In this document: positions 1-23,235 of the stretch, in pieces | How the letters are laid out: each line of letters starts with the position of its first letter | Position numbering within the stretch: position 1 is the first letter of the stretch | Assembly: GCA_965153355.1 (NCBI GenBank) | Contig: OZ231126.1 | Span: forward strand, 28,148,001-28,212,000 | Source of the DNA: Flaccisagitta enflata | Lineage: Eukaryota | DNA: 64,000 nucleotides | Direction of reading: 5' to 3' | Program-made: the position numbers and the translations under genes | Notes under the pieces: generated by a model | The model's input: the letters and a program-made list of their open reading frames with translations, nothing else | Databases searched by the model: none | Told to the model about the DNA's origin: nothing

Positions 1-187
1 GCCTGAGAGGCCAGATTTGAGACCTGAGAGGCCAGATTTGAGACCTGAGAGGCTGGATTTCGGGTCTGAGGGGACTGATGGGGATGGGGACGGATGAACG
101 GACGAACGAACGAACGGACGAACGGATGAACGAAAGTCCCCCTGTGTTCTACAGGACTTCGTCCCCTTCGAGGCCGCTGCCCAAAAA
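1..187 (-). mobile_element. End of a non-autonomous Helentron/Helitron2-like element (GGGCAGCGGCCCCGAAGGGG family), truncated by the window edge
   Basis: The minus strand begins TTTTTGGGCAGCGGCCTCGAAGGGGACGAAGTCCTGTAGAACACAGGGG, followed by a GAAC/GGAC microsatellite and ~20-bp tandem repeats. The same terminus occurs at 4662 and 7546, and related copies lie near 1965 and 62600. Confidence 0.55.
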
Positions 188-207
188 CATGACACCATTC
201 TCTTTAC

Positions 208-3200
208 CTTGAGCGCCTTTGCGTGATACACAAAAGGAGTCTCCAGCAGAATCCTCTTCTTCACCTGGCCCAACGGTAACGTGAGGCCGCGCAGAAGCCG
301 AAAGATGGCGTTGCCTTCGTACTCGTCGTCAGTTTTCCGGATGTAATCGATCTTCGGCCCATTCTTGCGATGAAACGCGGAGAAACAGAGGTCGTCCGGT
401 AGGTCGGTGACGCACATCATCGCCTAAGGGTATATGGTAGAAGTCGCAAAAGTAAAGGCACGGTATCTGGATGCTAACGCCAGGCCCAAGGTGAATGACT
501 AAGCCCGGGATGGTGTCCAGGCTGCTCTCATGGTTAGTGCCGATTAATTTCCGCCAAAAAACAAATAATCGTTAGAGCGCTTTTGGAGAAAAGTTGAGTT
601 TTTTCCCGCAAAAAAACATTTTTTGTCCAAAAATGGCAAAAATTAAGAAAAAATAATCATTTTTTCCACTCTTTTGTACTCAAGTAGTACCTTGGCTTAA
701 ACGTTGTAGTCACATAGTGTAGGGGAAAACATACATATGGATAACGGGGGGTTTAGGACCCCTAGGGGCCCTCTAAGGGGCCCCCAAAGGCTCAAAAAGG
801 CCAAAATGGCTCAATAATACTTCTTGTTCTGCCATGATGTACTCCAGTGGTATACCGACCTATCAGTCATTCCCATCCAGAGTGCTGGGAGATGTGCAGA
901 TGGATAACGGGGGTCAAGGTCCCCTAGGGGCCCTCTAATGGGCCCCCAGGGACTCAAAATAGCCAAAATGGCTCAAAAATGCTTCTTGTTCTGCCCTGTT
1001 GTACCCCAAAGGAGCACCAACCTATCTGTCAGTTCCATCTACAGTGGTGGCAGATGTGCAGATGGATGACGGGGGTTTGAGACCCTTACAGGCCCTCTAG
1101 GGGGCCCCGAGGGGCTCAAAAAGGCCAACATGGCTCAGAAATGCTTCTTGTTCTGCCCTGTTGTACCTAAGTAGTACACCGACCTATCAGTCATTCCCAT
1201 CTAGAGTGGTGGAAGATATGCAAATGGATAACAGGGGTTAAGGACCCCTAGGGGCTCCCTAAAGGGCCCCCAAGGACGCAAAATGGCTTACATGGCTCAA
1301 AAATTCTTCTTGTTCTGCCATGATGTACTCCAGTGGTATACTGACCTATCAGTCATTTCCATCTAGAAAGGCGGGAGATGTGCAGATGGAAAATAGGGGG
1401 TTTGGGACACCTAGGGGCCTCCAAGGGGCCCCCAAGGACTCAAAATGGCCAAAATGGCTCAATGCTTCTTGTTCTGCCATGATGTACTCCAGTGGTATAC
1501 TGACCTATCAGTCATTCCAATCTGGAGTGGTGGGAGATGTGCAGATGGTTGATGGGGGTTAAGGACCCCTAGGGGGCCCTCTAAGGAGCCCCCAGGGACT
1601 TAAAATGGCCAAAATAGTTCAAATATGCTTCTTGCTCTGCCATGATGTACTTCAGTGGTTTACCAACCTATCAGTCATTCACATCTGGAGTGGTGGGAGA
1701 TGTGCATATGGATAACGGGGGTTAAGGACCCCTAGGGGCCCTCTAAGGGACCCCGGGGACTCAAAATGACCAAAACGGCTCAAAAACGCTTCTTGTTCTG
1801 CCATGATGTACTCCAGCGGTTCACCAACCTATCCTTGGAGATGTGCAAATAGATAACCGGGGTTTGAGACCCTTAGGTGCCTCCTCAATAACCCCCAGGG
1901 ACAATATGTGGTCAGCGATATCCGTTGCCCTGCTTTGCATGATTGTGAATTGTAGTGAGCGGATGCAGGGCAGCGGCTCCAAAGGGGATGAAGTCCTGTA
2001 GAACACAGGGGTACTTTCGTTTGTCCATCCATCTGTCCCTCCATCTGTCTTTCCCAGGCCTTCTCAGACCTGAAATCTGCCCTCTTAGGCCTGAAAACCG
2101 CCCTCTCAGACCTCTTAGGCCTGAAATCTGCTCTCTTAGACCTTAAATCTGCCCTCTCAAGCTTTGTTAGTAAGGCTCCCATGATCCCATAACTCTTGTT
2201 GTCAACTAAAAAATTTCATACCGTTGGCGCTGCATCATCTACAATGGGTATGTTTGAAAGGTCTAAGTAAAAACCCATTGACAAGGAGACTGATTTTTAA
2301 ATTGCTTTAATGTAGAATTTGCACTTATGTCTGGTCGTCTGTCTGTTGGACATGCTTGAAAAGTTGTGTGTTCTCTTGCATTACTTAAATCGTTGCTCCA
2401 CATAAAATTCTGGCTTTGTTATTATGAGGGGGCTTCCTAGTCCTAGTCCGAATCAGTGATTAGCAGACCAGCAAGTTGTCACTTGTATGTGGAGGGTTCC
2501 CCGTCATTCACATCAATAGCTCCCAGCACACTTTATAGAAATGGCTGATAAGCAAGTGTACCACTGGGGTACTACCAAGCAGAAAAGTAGGCAGTTTTTC
2601 CATTTTGGTCATTTTGGCCAAGTGCAAATTCTACATTAAAGCAATTTAGATATCAGTCTCTTTTTTTAGTCCCTGGGGGTCATTAAGGAGGCCCCTAGGG
2701 GTCTCAAACCCCAATTTTCATCTGCACATCTCCCACCAATCTATATGGGAATGATGGGTTGGTGATCCGCTGGGCAGAATAAGAAACATTTTCTGAGCCA
2801 TGTTGGCCTTTAAGAGCCCCTGTGGACTCTTAGAGGGCCCTTAGGGTTCCTAAACCCCTGTTATCCATCTGCACATCTCCCACCACTCTAGATGGGAATG
2901 ACTGGTAGGTCGGTGTACCACTGAAGTACATCTTGACAAAACCTGAAGCATTTTTGAGCCAGTTTGAGGCCCTTAGACCCTAAAGGGCCCCTAAGGGTCT
3001 TTAACCCCCCGTCATCCATCTGGATAACTCCTTCCACTCTAGATGGGACTGACTAATAGGTCATTATACCACTGGAGTACATCATGGCAGAACAAGAAGC
3101 AGAGGGTCCCTAGGGGTCCCTAACCCCCGTTATCCATCTGCACATCTCCCACCACTCTAGATGGAAATGACTGATAGGTCAGTGTACCACTAGGGTACAA

Positions 3201-5782
3201 CAGGGCAGAACAAGAAGCATTTCTGAGCCATGTTGGCCTTTTTGAGCCTCGGGGGCCCCCTAGACTAGAGGGCCCCTAAAGGTCTCAAACCCCCGTTATC
3301 CATCTTCACATCTCCAACCACTCTAGATGGAAATGACACTAGAGTACGACAGAGCAGAAAAAGAAGCAATTTTGAGCCATTTTTGCCTTTTTAAGCCCCT
3401 TGGGGGCCCCTTAGAGGGTCCCTAGGGGTCCTAAACCCCCCGTTATCCATCTTCACGTTACCCCCCACACTATGTGGCTACAATCTTTCAGCCAGTGTAC
3501 CACTTGAGTACAAAAGAGTGGATAAAATGATTTTTATCTTAATTTTTGCTGTTTTTAGACTAAAAATGCTTTTTCGAGGTGAAAAACTCAACTTTTCTCC
3601 AAAAGCGCTCAAACGATTATTTGTTTTTTGGCGGAAATAAGTCGGTACCAACCATGAGAGCAGCCTGGACACCATCCCGGGGTTAGTCATTCACCTTGGG
3701 CCTGGCGTTACCATCCAGGTACCGTGAAGGGTTTGGAATCAACAGCGTAATTGTCAAATTACTGCTGAAATAAGGTAGTTGAATATCATGATTGTGCGTT
3801 TTCCATTCGACCATTTCTATCAAATTTTAATGAAGAGGGAATTTTTCTTTACATTTTCATTTGCCTCCTCGCTCATCTTTAGGAGGCTGTGTGCGTTGCT
3901 TGGTCGGTTGGCAACGCATTCGTTAAAATACAAAATCTGAGGATTTTTCATCTGAAGCGGAGCACCTATCTATTCTTTAATTTTTTCGTTTGTTCATTTC
4001 TTCATTCATTCATTCCTTCTTTCCTTCATTCATTGAATAATACAGTGACTCATTCATTAAAAACGTTCATTCATACAAGCGCACTTGTTGGTCATTACGG
4101 AACCTTGTTATCACTCAACAATCTTAACTATAAAGAAGTTAACAATAGTCGCAAATGCGTTAGATGGTCAGCGGTACCCCTTTGCCCCTATGTGAGTGTA
4201 TGTAGGTGTAAGGTGGTTAGAGGGGCAGCGGCCCCAAAGGGGCCGATGACCAATGCTGTTTTTATTTGGGCCTCAAGGATGGAGTTAGGGCCTGGAGGCT
4301 GGGATTGGGGCCTTGAGGCTTGGATTAGGGTCTTGAGGCTGGGATTTGAGCTTCAAGGCTGTGATTTTGGCTTCAAAGCTGAGATTTGAGCTTCGAGGCT
4401 GGGATTTGAGCTTCGAGGTTGGGATTTGAGCTTCGGGGCAGGGATTTGAGCTTGGAAGCTGGTATTTGAGCTTCGAGGCTAGGATTTGAGCTTCAAGGCT
4501 GGGATTTGTGCCTTGAGACTGTGATTTGGGCTTGAGGCTGCGATTTGAGCTTCGAAGCCAGGGGGGGGACGGAGAAGGAGGAGAAGGGAGAAGGAGGAGG
4601 AGAAAATTTCTCCCTGTGTGAAAGCATAGGTCATTGGCCCCTTCGGGGCCGCTGCCCAAAAACGACTTTAACCTGTTTGGCATGGTGGATAAAATTGAGT
4701 TTCGTTGTTCCTAGCCCCATGAAGTAAAGCAGGCCTCTCTTTGGCGCCGTTGTCGCCTTGTTCACCGCGAACTTGACGTGGAGATAACCGTCCTCCCAAC
4801 GCTGCGACTTCGGCTTGCCTTCTTCCGTCTCTTTGTATTTTTCATTCAACCGAAAAAAGTAGGTTTCTGCCAGCCAAGCGAGTCTTTCCTCCAACTCTTC
4901 CGGGGTCCCTTTGATGGGTTTCCCTGGCGGAATCTTCTTTTGCGGTATCATGCAATCGTAAAGTTTCGCGATGGCTGAGTTGTTTTTTTCGGCATTGTGG
5001 ACATTTCGGTTGATGGTAGCCACCATCAAGTTGAGGAAGACTTCTCGATCGGCGCCAACGAGCTTCTTCATGGCGGCCATCGGGATGCTGGAAATGCCGA
5101 ATGGATCGATGAAGCTGAACAACGGACACGGAATATTCTCCAATTCCAGTTTGTGAAATTCACGGTTGCGATATTGAACACAGATCTTGACCGTGGGGTA
5201 GAAGAAGGCACCTTTTGGATGTACTACGCCCTTGTAAACTACGGCTTCTTCAAATTGTCCCATGCCCAGCATCTTTTTCGTTTCATCCCGTTTCCATCCG
5301 TGTAGTCCGAAGCGTTCGTCGACGAGTTTCTTCAAACATTTCAAATTGTCGCCATCTTTTTCGTTGAAGATGAAATGGACGGCGTATTCGTGTTTTGAGA
5401 AAATGTCATGAAAGTGGTAGTCGTGGATATGATTCAGCGCTTCCAGAGCCTTGGCCACGGCGATGATGGGTGATCCCCAGTCACTGAGGTCATCGCCCAA
5501 AGTTTGCTTAGCTTCGGACTCGTATCTTCCGCGACCAGCGAAGCCGTCGAGATAGAAGAAATTAGCCGAGAGTCTGTACAGTGGATCACGTTTTCGACGC
5601 GCCTCCTCTGCGGCATCTTTTTGTATCTTGAAGGCCCTTTCTGAAGACCAATAGAAAGAGTAAACCGCGCCGAGAAGATTTCGGAGGATTTGCCGTTTGG
5701 GTCGGCTGTGGGGACGGTCGCTTTCAAAAAATTGACGCTGTAGCGACGGTTGAGCTTTTGCGGTAAGAGGTTTGTTAGCCAT
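208..5782 (-). CDS. TcmP-like (three-Cys-motif partner) SAM-dependent methyltransferase-fold protein; spliced, 3'-partial (continues left of the window)
   Basis: Exon 1 is 5782-4673 (370 codons) and ends CAG|GTTAAA in phase 0. Exon 2 is 423-208 (acceptor TTAG|GCG, donor AAG|GTAAAG, 72 codons, no stops). Motifs: PHSRPKRQIL, FFYLDGFAGRGRY, GSPIIA, FIFNEKD, FSFIDPFG, EVFLNLM..INR. The exons join as HHAKQ|AMMCVTDLPDDLCFS, and exon 2 ends ILLETPFVYHAKALK. Motif order matches bacterial TcmP as I recall it. Confidence 0.8.
459..3726. mobile_element. 3.27-kb non-autonomous TIR transposon, Chapaev/CMC-like (copy 1), in the TcmP-like intron
   Basis: Termini are CACGGTATCTGGATG...CATCCAGGTACCGTG with ~270-bp imperfect TIRs. 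The 4-bp TSD is AAGG (455-458 and 3727-3730). Subterminal ~162-bp tandem repeats are in opposite orientation at the two ends. No transposase ORF is present. The superfamily is inferred from the CAC ends plus 4-bp TSD. Confidence 0.85.
4140..4662 (-). mobile_element. Non-autonomous Helentron-like element with asymmetric inverted repeats and a 20-bp tandem array
   Basis: GGGCAGCGGCCCC-AAGGGGCC is inverted between 4222 and 4657. It contains an internal (GGGATTTGAGCTTCGAGGCT)n array and has a T-run terminus. Confidence 0.55.
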
Positions 5783-6272
5783 TATTCATTTCTGTTGGTA
5801 TTAGTTCACATACGGGAAACTGCGAAGCCGTTGTAAAAAGGGGATTCTGATGAGCGTGGTCATTTTAAAGCAGTCTGTTCCAAAATGCACGTCTATGTTT
5901 CTTTCCAAATGTCGTAATCGATGCTGTTCTGAGTGTTCTGACTGTGAAGAGCGGATTGAGTTGCTCGTCAAAACAACTCATTCGTCAGCACTGCGCCTGC
6001 ATGCTGCATGAAGTACCATTGAATTGTGTGTGAGTTGGGAAAAGACAAAACGCGACGACGACAAAACCGACGAAGAGATCGAACATGGAGCTGGGGAAGG
6101 GGGATGACGTGACGGCGATGATGACGAATGAAAGTGGCAACGAGATCCACTCGATCGCACAAGTATTTAAAACTTCAAATTGTTTCGATTTCACTTTAAA
6201 GTGAAATTCTCCTATATAGAAATATTTTCTTGGCATCAAGCGAGTGAACGATTCATGATGACAAAGCAGATT

Positions 6273-6334
<62 letters not shown>

Positions 6335-6697
6335 ACTCAGTGAAGCAACTCGGAGAAAATTTTTGTTTGACACCATTACTAGTTGCAGACACGCAACTCT
6401 ATAAGCGACCTGTCCGTCCGTCCGTCCGTCCATCCGTCCATTGGGGGTCGACGAGTAGAAAAGTTGGAAAACGAGCGTTTTAGATACTTTTTGTGTATGT
6501 TTAAGTGTGGGGGTGGGTTGAGGTGTGGATGGAGGTTGAATGCCCCTGCCCACCCGTCCGCAACAATTTTGTGACCCCGCTTCACTTGTCGGACAATTCA
6601 GCGTCAACATTTTGCGTTACCTACAGACCTTCGGACCCTCCAAGGAATAAACGGACACGCCTTTTAGAGGACTCTTACTCTTAGTGGCAGCAAGCGA

Positions 6698-6734
<37 letters not shown>

Positions 6735-6737
<3 letters not shown>

Positions 6738-7546
6738 GCAGCCCAAAGGCAGTAATTGGTCAGCGGTACCCGTGCCCTGCTTGAGTAGGAAGTGATGAAG
6801 GTTCAGAGGGAGCAGGGCAGCGGCCCCGAAGGGGACGAAGTCCTGTAGAACACAGGGGGAATCTGTCCGTCCATCCATCCATTCGTCCGTCCGTCCGTCC
6901 GTCCATCCTGTTTGCCTTCCTTCTGTCCAGGATGCCCTGTTATTCAAATTTTCATTGAATATCAAGGAGAACTGACAAAAGGCAGAATATGGACAATGGT
7001 ACCCTTGCCATTTTTGTATAGTTTGTAGGTTAAGTTGAGGCCGGAGCAGGCCAGGATCTGGGTCTCTGAGGCCAGAATCTGGGTTTCAGAGACCAATTTC
7101 TTGGTCTCAGAGGCAAGGATTTCAGTTTCAGAGGTCAGGATTTGGTCCTCTGAGGCTAGGATTTAGGTCTTTCAGGCCAGCACCTAGGTCTTGGAGGTCA
7201 GAATCTGGGTCCCAAAGGTCAGGATCTGGGTCTCTAAGGCTTGGATGTGGGTTTTTGGAGCCAGAATCTAAGTTTAAGGGGCCAAGATGATAGAACTCAG
7301 GCCAGAATTCAGGTTTTCTAGCCAGATAAGGCCCATTTTACCTGGTCTTAGGCCATTTTGCCTGGATTAGGCCAATTTTGGGCGGATTTGGACCATTTTG
7401 CTCGGATTTGGGCCCCAAAGAAGACGAAGCCGAGGGTGGGGCGGGGGGGGGGGAAGGACGGACGTACGGCCGGACGGACGGACGGGCAGATTCCCCCTGT
7501 GTTCTACAGGACTTCGTTCCCTTCGGGGCCGCTGCCCAAAAAAAAA
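6735..7546 (-). mobile_element. Non-autonomous Helentron-like element with asymmetric inverted repeats
   Basis: A ~45-bp inverted repeat GGGCAGCGGCCCCGAAGGGGACGAAGTCCTGTAGAACACAGGGGGAATCTG lies at ~6815 and ~7488-7537. One copy is terminal and the other is ~80 bp internal. GTCC microsatellites and degenerate ~21-bp repeats are present, and A-runs flank both ends. Confidence 0.6.
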
Positions 7547-7820
7547 GAATCAACAGACGTTTTTAAGTAAGTGGTCATGTAAAAATGTCTTTTGTGTAAG
7601 TGTTTGTCAAGTGGAACAATATCCAATATTGTAAACTCACCATGCTCAAACTTTATTTTCTGGAAATGAAAGACAAACAAGCAACAAAAAAAAACAACAG
7701 ACAAAGGGGGGGGGGTCGAACACATACAGGGATATATTTAGTTAAAAGACCACCGTCAGCGTTGTTCAAGATGAAAAAAATGGAACTGCCAACATCATCA
7801 ACGACAACAGCAATGACAGC

Positions 7821-7823
<3 letters not shown>

Positions 7824-7900
<77 letters not shown>

Positions 7901-7918
7901 TAGAGAACAAAACAATAA

Positions 7919-7994
<76 letters not shown>
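7824..7994. repeat. (GA)n microsatellite (similar tracts at ~6277-6331, 15754-15826, 20013-20303, 26238-26330, 30941-31013, 50243-50430, 57500-57690)
   Basis: Dinucleotide runs are directly visible; they generate the spurious RERE/SLSL ORFs. Confidence 0.95.
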
Positions 7995-7998
<4 letters not shown>

Positions 7999-8299
7999 AA
8001 AAATTCCTTTTGGCTTACCTTTTGTTTTGTCGTTAGCAGCTTCGTTTCAATTCGTGGTCCGCAAGCGCTTCAGTCTGGTTACGAAAAACATCGCATCGGC
8101 GCTCAGCCCTGTCGCTCGCTCGCTTGGGCAGGAATTTTTTTTATCATCGCCGACGACTCCGGTGACGCCGCCCGCAGTTCATTAGTTCGCCGGTCGCCTC
8201 GATCCGTTATTTTATTACCTATGATTCTGTTTCCGCAAGATTAACGCTCTCCCTTCGAATCCCATATGTACTTTTCTAACAGGAAGTCATCGTCGTGCC

Positions 8300-10060
8300 A
8301 TGGCTGATTTGGACGAGGCCGCTGCTTCCTCCCCCTCGCCTGTGTCCATCGCCACACCGTTCAACCATTCCACCGCCCCTTCCGAAGCCTCTACTCGTCC
8401 TCTTCGTCCCGCGTCACCTCACAGGTCTACCTTCATGTCCGCCACGCGTCAATTTTTCCGCTGCCCTCCTCGAGGTGTCCTCGGCCGTTTGGTTTTCGTA
8501 GTCTCCATCCTCGGTCTCTTCCTCGGCGCAGCGTGGGGCGTGTTTGCTGAATACCGGCTTTGGACAACGATTTATACCCTCGTCTTTCTGCTCGTCATCA
8601 GTCATTGTTTCGGCTGGGTCGTGAGTCATGCTAAATTTCCGCCCTTGTTAGGCATGTTGATATCCGGATTTTGCCTAAAAAACATTCCCGGCATCAACGA
8701 AGTGTTTATCCTCGATCCATCTTGGTCCTCCCGACTCCGCACTTTGGCCTTGGTCGTCATTCTACTCCGCGCCGGCCTCGGCTTAGATCCGCATTCCTTA
8801 CGCCGTCTCTCCTTCACCGTCATCCGTTTGGCCTTCATACCATGTTTAGTGGAGACTTTGGTCATCGTGCTCGTGACTCATTACTTTCTCGGCCTTCCCA
8901 TCGTGTGGGGTTTCATCCTGGGCTTCGTTTTGGCGGCCGTGTCACCCGCCGTCGTGGTGCCATCCATGATTTGGTGTCAAGAAGAGCGACTTGGCATCGT
9001 CAAAGGGATTCCCACCCTCGTCATCGCGGCGGCCTCCATCGACGACGTGTTGGCTATCACGGGCTTTTCCGTGGCTTTGGGCATCGCCTTCGATTCCGGC
9101 GCCAATCTGGCCTTCACCATCGTTCGGGGTCCTTTGGAAGTCATCATCGGCGTCGGCTACGGATTCCTCGTCGGCGTCATCGCTTGGTGCATTCCTCATA
9201 ATGAGGGTACGGATGGATCGGGATCCTCCTCTTCCTCCTCTCCATCCTTCGTAGCGGCGCGGTTCGTGCTCCTCTTCCTCTTGGGCGTCTTCTCGGCGTT
9301 CGTCTTTGAGAGTATCGAGTTTCCAGGTGCCGGCGCTCTCGGCGCTCTCGCCGCCGCCTTTGTGGCGAATTTAGGCTGGCGGCGTCAAGGATGGGACGAT
9401 GACGACGCCAATCCGGTCAATTTGACGTTGAGCTTCGTGTGGCGTATGGTGGCGCAGCCGTTGTTGTTCGGCCTCATCGGCGCCGAAATCCGCGCCACGG
9501 AATTGGAAGGCGAGACGGTGGGCATCGGCGTCGCCTGTCTCTGCATCAGTCTCACGTTCCGAGTGGCGGCTTCCGTCCTCGCCGTTTTGGGCTCTGGCAT
9601 GAATCTCAAGGAGAAACTGTTCATTCCTATCGCCTGGCTGCCCAAAGCCACGGTCCAAGCTGCGATCGGCGCCACGGCCTACGATCAAGCCAAGGAAAGA
9701 CTGAACTCAGGCGTCGAATGTAGGACGGAAGCAGATAGCGGGGTAACCGGTTTGCTCAGCGGTGGCGTCAATGGGACGTCGTTACCAAGCAACGTCACTA
9801 CCACGATATTAAGCAACGCCACCGCCGCTGCCGATCTCTCGACAAATGACGTGGCGTGCCTTAACGTGGACAGAGGATTGACAGTGTTGACTTTGGCGGT
9901 GTTGGCGATCTTGATCACGGCTCCGATCGGCGCCGTAGCCATTTCACTCACCGCGCCGAAATTGCTGGAAAAAGCGCCGAAAAAGGGAGAAAATGGTGGA
10001 GAGGAGGTGAACGGCGATAAGGGGGAGGTGGATAAAGTAGTGGCTGAAGATGGCGTATAG
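8300..10060 (+). CDS. SLC9B2: Na+/H+ antiporter, NHA/SLC9B (CPA2) family, single coding exon
   Basis: 586-aa hydrophobic ORF with PPLLGML, ILLRAGLGLD, LAAVSPAVVVP, AASIDDVLAI (DD motif), PLLFGLIGAEI, WLPKATVQAAIG and AILITAPIGA. A splice acceptor (TTTTCTAACAG) lies just upstream at 8282. SLC9B1 versus SLC9B2 orthology cannot be resolved in an invertebrate. Confidence 0.9.
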   Translation: MADLDEAAASSPSPVSIATPFNHSTAPSEASTRPLRPASPHRSTFMSATRQFFRCPPRGVLGRLVFVVSILGLFLGAAWGVFAEYRLWTTIYTLVFLLVISHCFGWVVSHAKFPPLLGMLISGFCLKNIPGINEVFILDPSWSSRLRTLALVVILLRAGLGLDPHSLRRLSFTVIRLAFIPCLVETLVIVLVTHYFLGLPIVWGFILGFVLAAVSPAVVVPSMIWCQEERLGIVKGIPTLVIAAASIDDVLAITGFSVALGIAFDSGANLAFTIVRGPLEVIIGVGYGFLVGVIAWCIPHNEGTDGSGSSSSSSPSFVAARFVLLFLLGVFSAFVFESIEFPGAGALGALAAAFVANLGWRRQGWDDDDANPVNLTLSFVWRMVAQPLLFGLIGAEIRATELEGETVGIGVACLCISLTFRVAASVLAVLGSGMNLKEKLFIPIAWLPKATVQAAIGATAYDQAKERLNSGVECRTEADSGVTGLLSGGVNGTSLPSNVTTTILSNATAAADLSTNDVACLNVDRGLTVLTLAVLAILITAPIGAVAISLTAPKLLEKAPKKGENGGEEVNGDKGEVDKVVAEDGV

Positions 10061-10695
10061 AGGCTGTCATGGTTTGGCAGAACCGCGCTAAGGGGCGATG
10101 CAATACAGATGTTTGTCTCGCAGTTTTGATCCTGTTTCGTTTAGATACGTCCGAAGAACAGAATTTCTGTAAAACCGAGGTTATGGGGGTTTAATTGTCT
10201 CCAGAAATTGAATTGTTATCTCTAGTTTGAATCGTTGAATTTTGAATGGAAACATGACTGCTATTGGATCATGGTGGATAGCTTTTATATATCATGTTCA
10301 TAATTGAGATTGACGAAAATGTGACTTCCGGCGCGATTACTTATGAAATGAAATTTATGGCATTGTTTCGTCCCTGAGTTGAAGTAACTGATTTGCTGTT
10401 GTCGTTGTTTTTGCTGTTGTTTCAAATTAAGGCATTGGCTAAGCTTGGTGACATCTCCCTCTCGGAGTCGTCGTGTTGGTTTGTGCTTGCTGTCGATGCG
10501 CTCACTTCGCTTCAATGATCTCACATTTTCACTAATTCTTTCTATATTTGTTGATTTACCTCACTTCCGCGTGCTGTCATTGTTTTCTGAGCATTATCGC
10601 GCTTCAGTTTGGAGAATATGATTGTATGAGCTGGTAGGTGATAGTTTATTTCCAACTTCAGCTAACGCCGCTTCTGTCGCGGCGAATTAGCGGCG

Positions 10696-22041
<11,346 letters not shown>

Positions 22042-23235
22042 TGAATTGTTTTGTCTTATTGTCTACTACACAACCGAATCTTTGTTATTATTCCCTGTCA
22101 CTACACCGTTAGGTTAATTTTCTTTTTGTCCGCGACGGAATACCATTCCGACGCGGACTATAATTCGAGGCGGGTAGGTGTCGTCGTCGTCGTTGTTGTC
22201 GTCGTTGTTGTCGTCGTCGTTGTCCACACTTTTAAAAATGGGCTAACTTTTGAACGCCTTGACCGATTTGCTTCATATTTGGAGGGAAGTTGTACTAGGG
22301 TAAGCCGCTTTACATCCTATGCGTATGTCATGATCCGACCCACCCAACCGGCCCAACCAGCCTACCAGCCTAAAAGTGAAAAACGTGCATAACTTCGGCA
22401 TTTTTCAACCGATTTGGTTGAAACTTGGTATGTAGTCTCTAGATGGAAGGACTCAACATATGTATTTGATCTGTACAGATTTTAGCATGTTAACCGGCCA
22501 AACCGGCCTACCACCCAACCAGCCTACCAGCCTTAAAGCGAAAAACGTGCACAACTTTGTCATTTTTCAACCAATTTGGTTGAAACTCGGTATGTAGTCT
22601 CTAAATGAAAGAATTCAACATATGTATTTGAATTGTAAAGGTTTTAGCATGCTAACCGGCCAAACCAGCCTACCACCCAACTGGCCTACCAGCCTAAAAG
22701 TTAAAAATGTGCATAACTTCGGCATTTTTCAACCGATTTGGTTGAAACTTGGTATCTAGTCTCTAAATGGAAGGACTCAACATATGTATTTGAATTGTAT
22801 AGATTTTAGCATGCTAACCGGTCAAACCAGCCTACCACCCAACTAGCCTACCAGCCTAAAAGTGAAAAATGTGCATAACTCTGGCATTTTTCAACCGATT
22901 TGGTTGAAACTTGGTATGTAGTCACTAAATGAAAGAACTCAACATATGTATTTGAATTGTAAAGGTTTTGGCATGCTAACCGGCCAAACCAGCCTACCAC
23001 CTAACTACCCTACCAGCCTAAAAGTTAAAAACGTGCATAACTTCGGTATTTTTCAACCGATATGGTTGAAACTTGGTATGTAGTCTCTTAATGGAAGGAA
23101 TCAACATATGTATTTGAATTGTATAGATTTTAGCATGCTAACCGGCCAAACCAGCCTACCATCCAACTACCCTCCACCCAACTAGCCTACCAGCCTATAA
23201 GTGAAAAATGTGCATAACTTCGGCATTTTTCAACC

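Noticed and set aside
459-500. RAG/Transib-like RSS termini (CACGGTA resembles the CACAGTG heptamer)
   Set aside because: The TSD is 4 bp rather than 5, no nonamer is seen at 12/23 spacing, and there is no transposase ORF.
1320-3690. Short ORFs duplicated at 12181-12393 and 18117-18979
   Set aside because: They lie in transposon TIRs or repeats, are duplicated only because the element is, and show no transposase motifs.
208-5782. Bacterial contamination or an endosymbiont fragment as the source of the TcmP-like ORF
   Set aside because: The gene is split by phase-consistent GT-AG introns filled with host repeat families that also occur in the GH99-like and CCDC93 introns. There is no operon context. 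A long-read check is still advisable.
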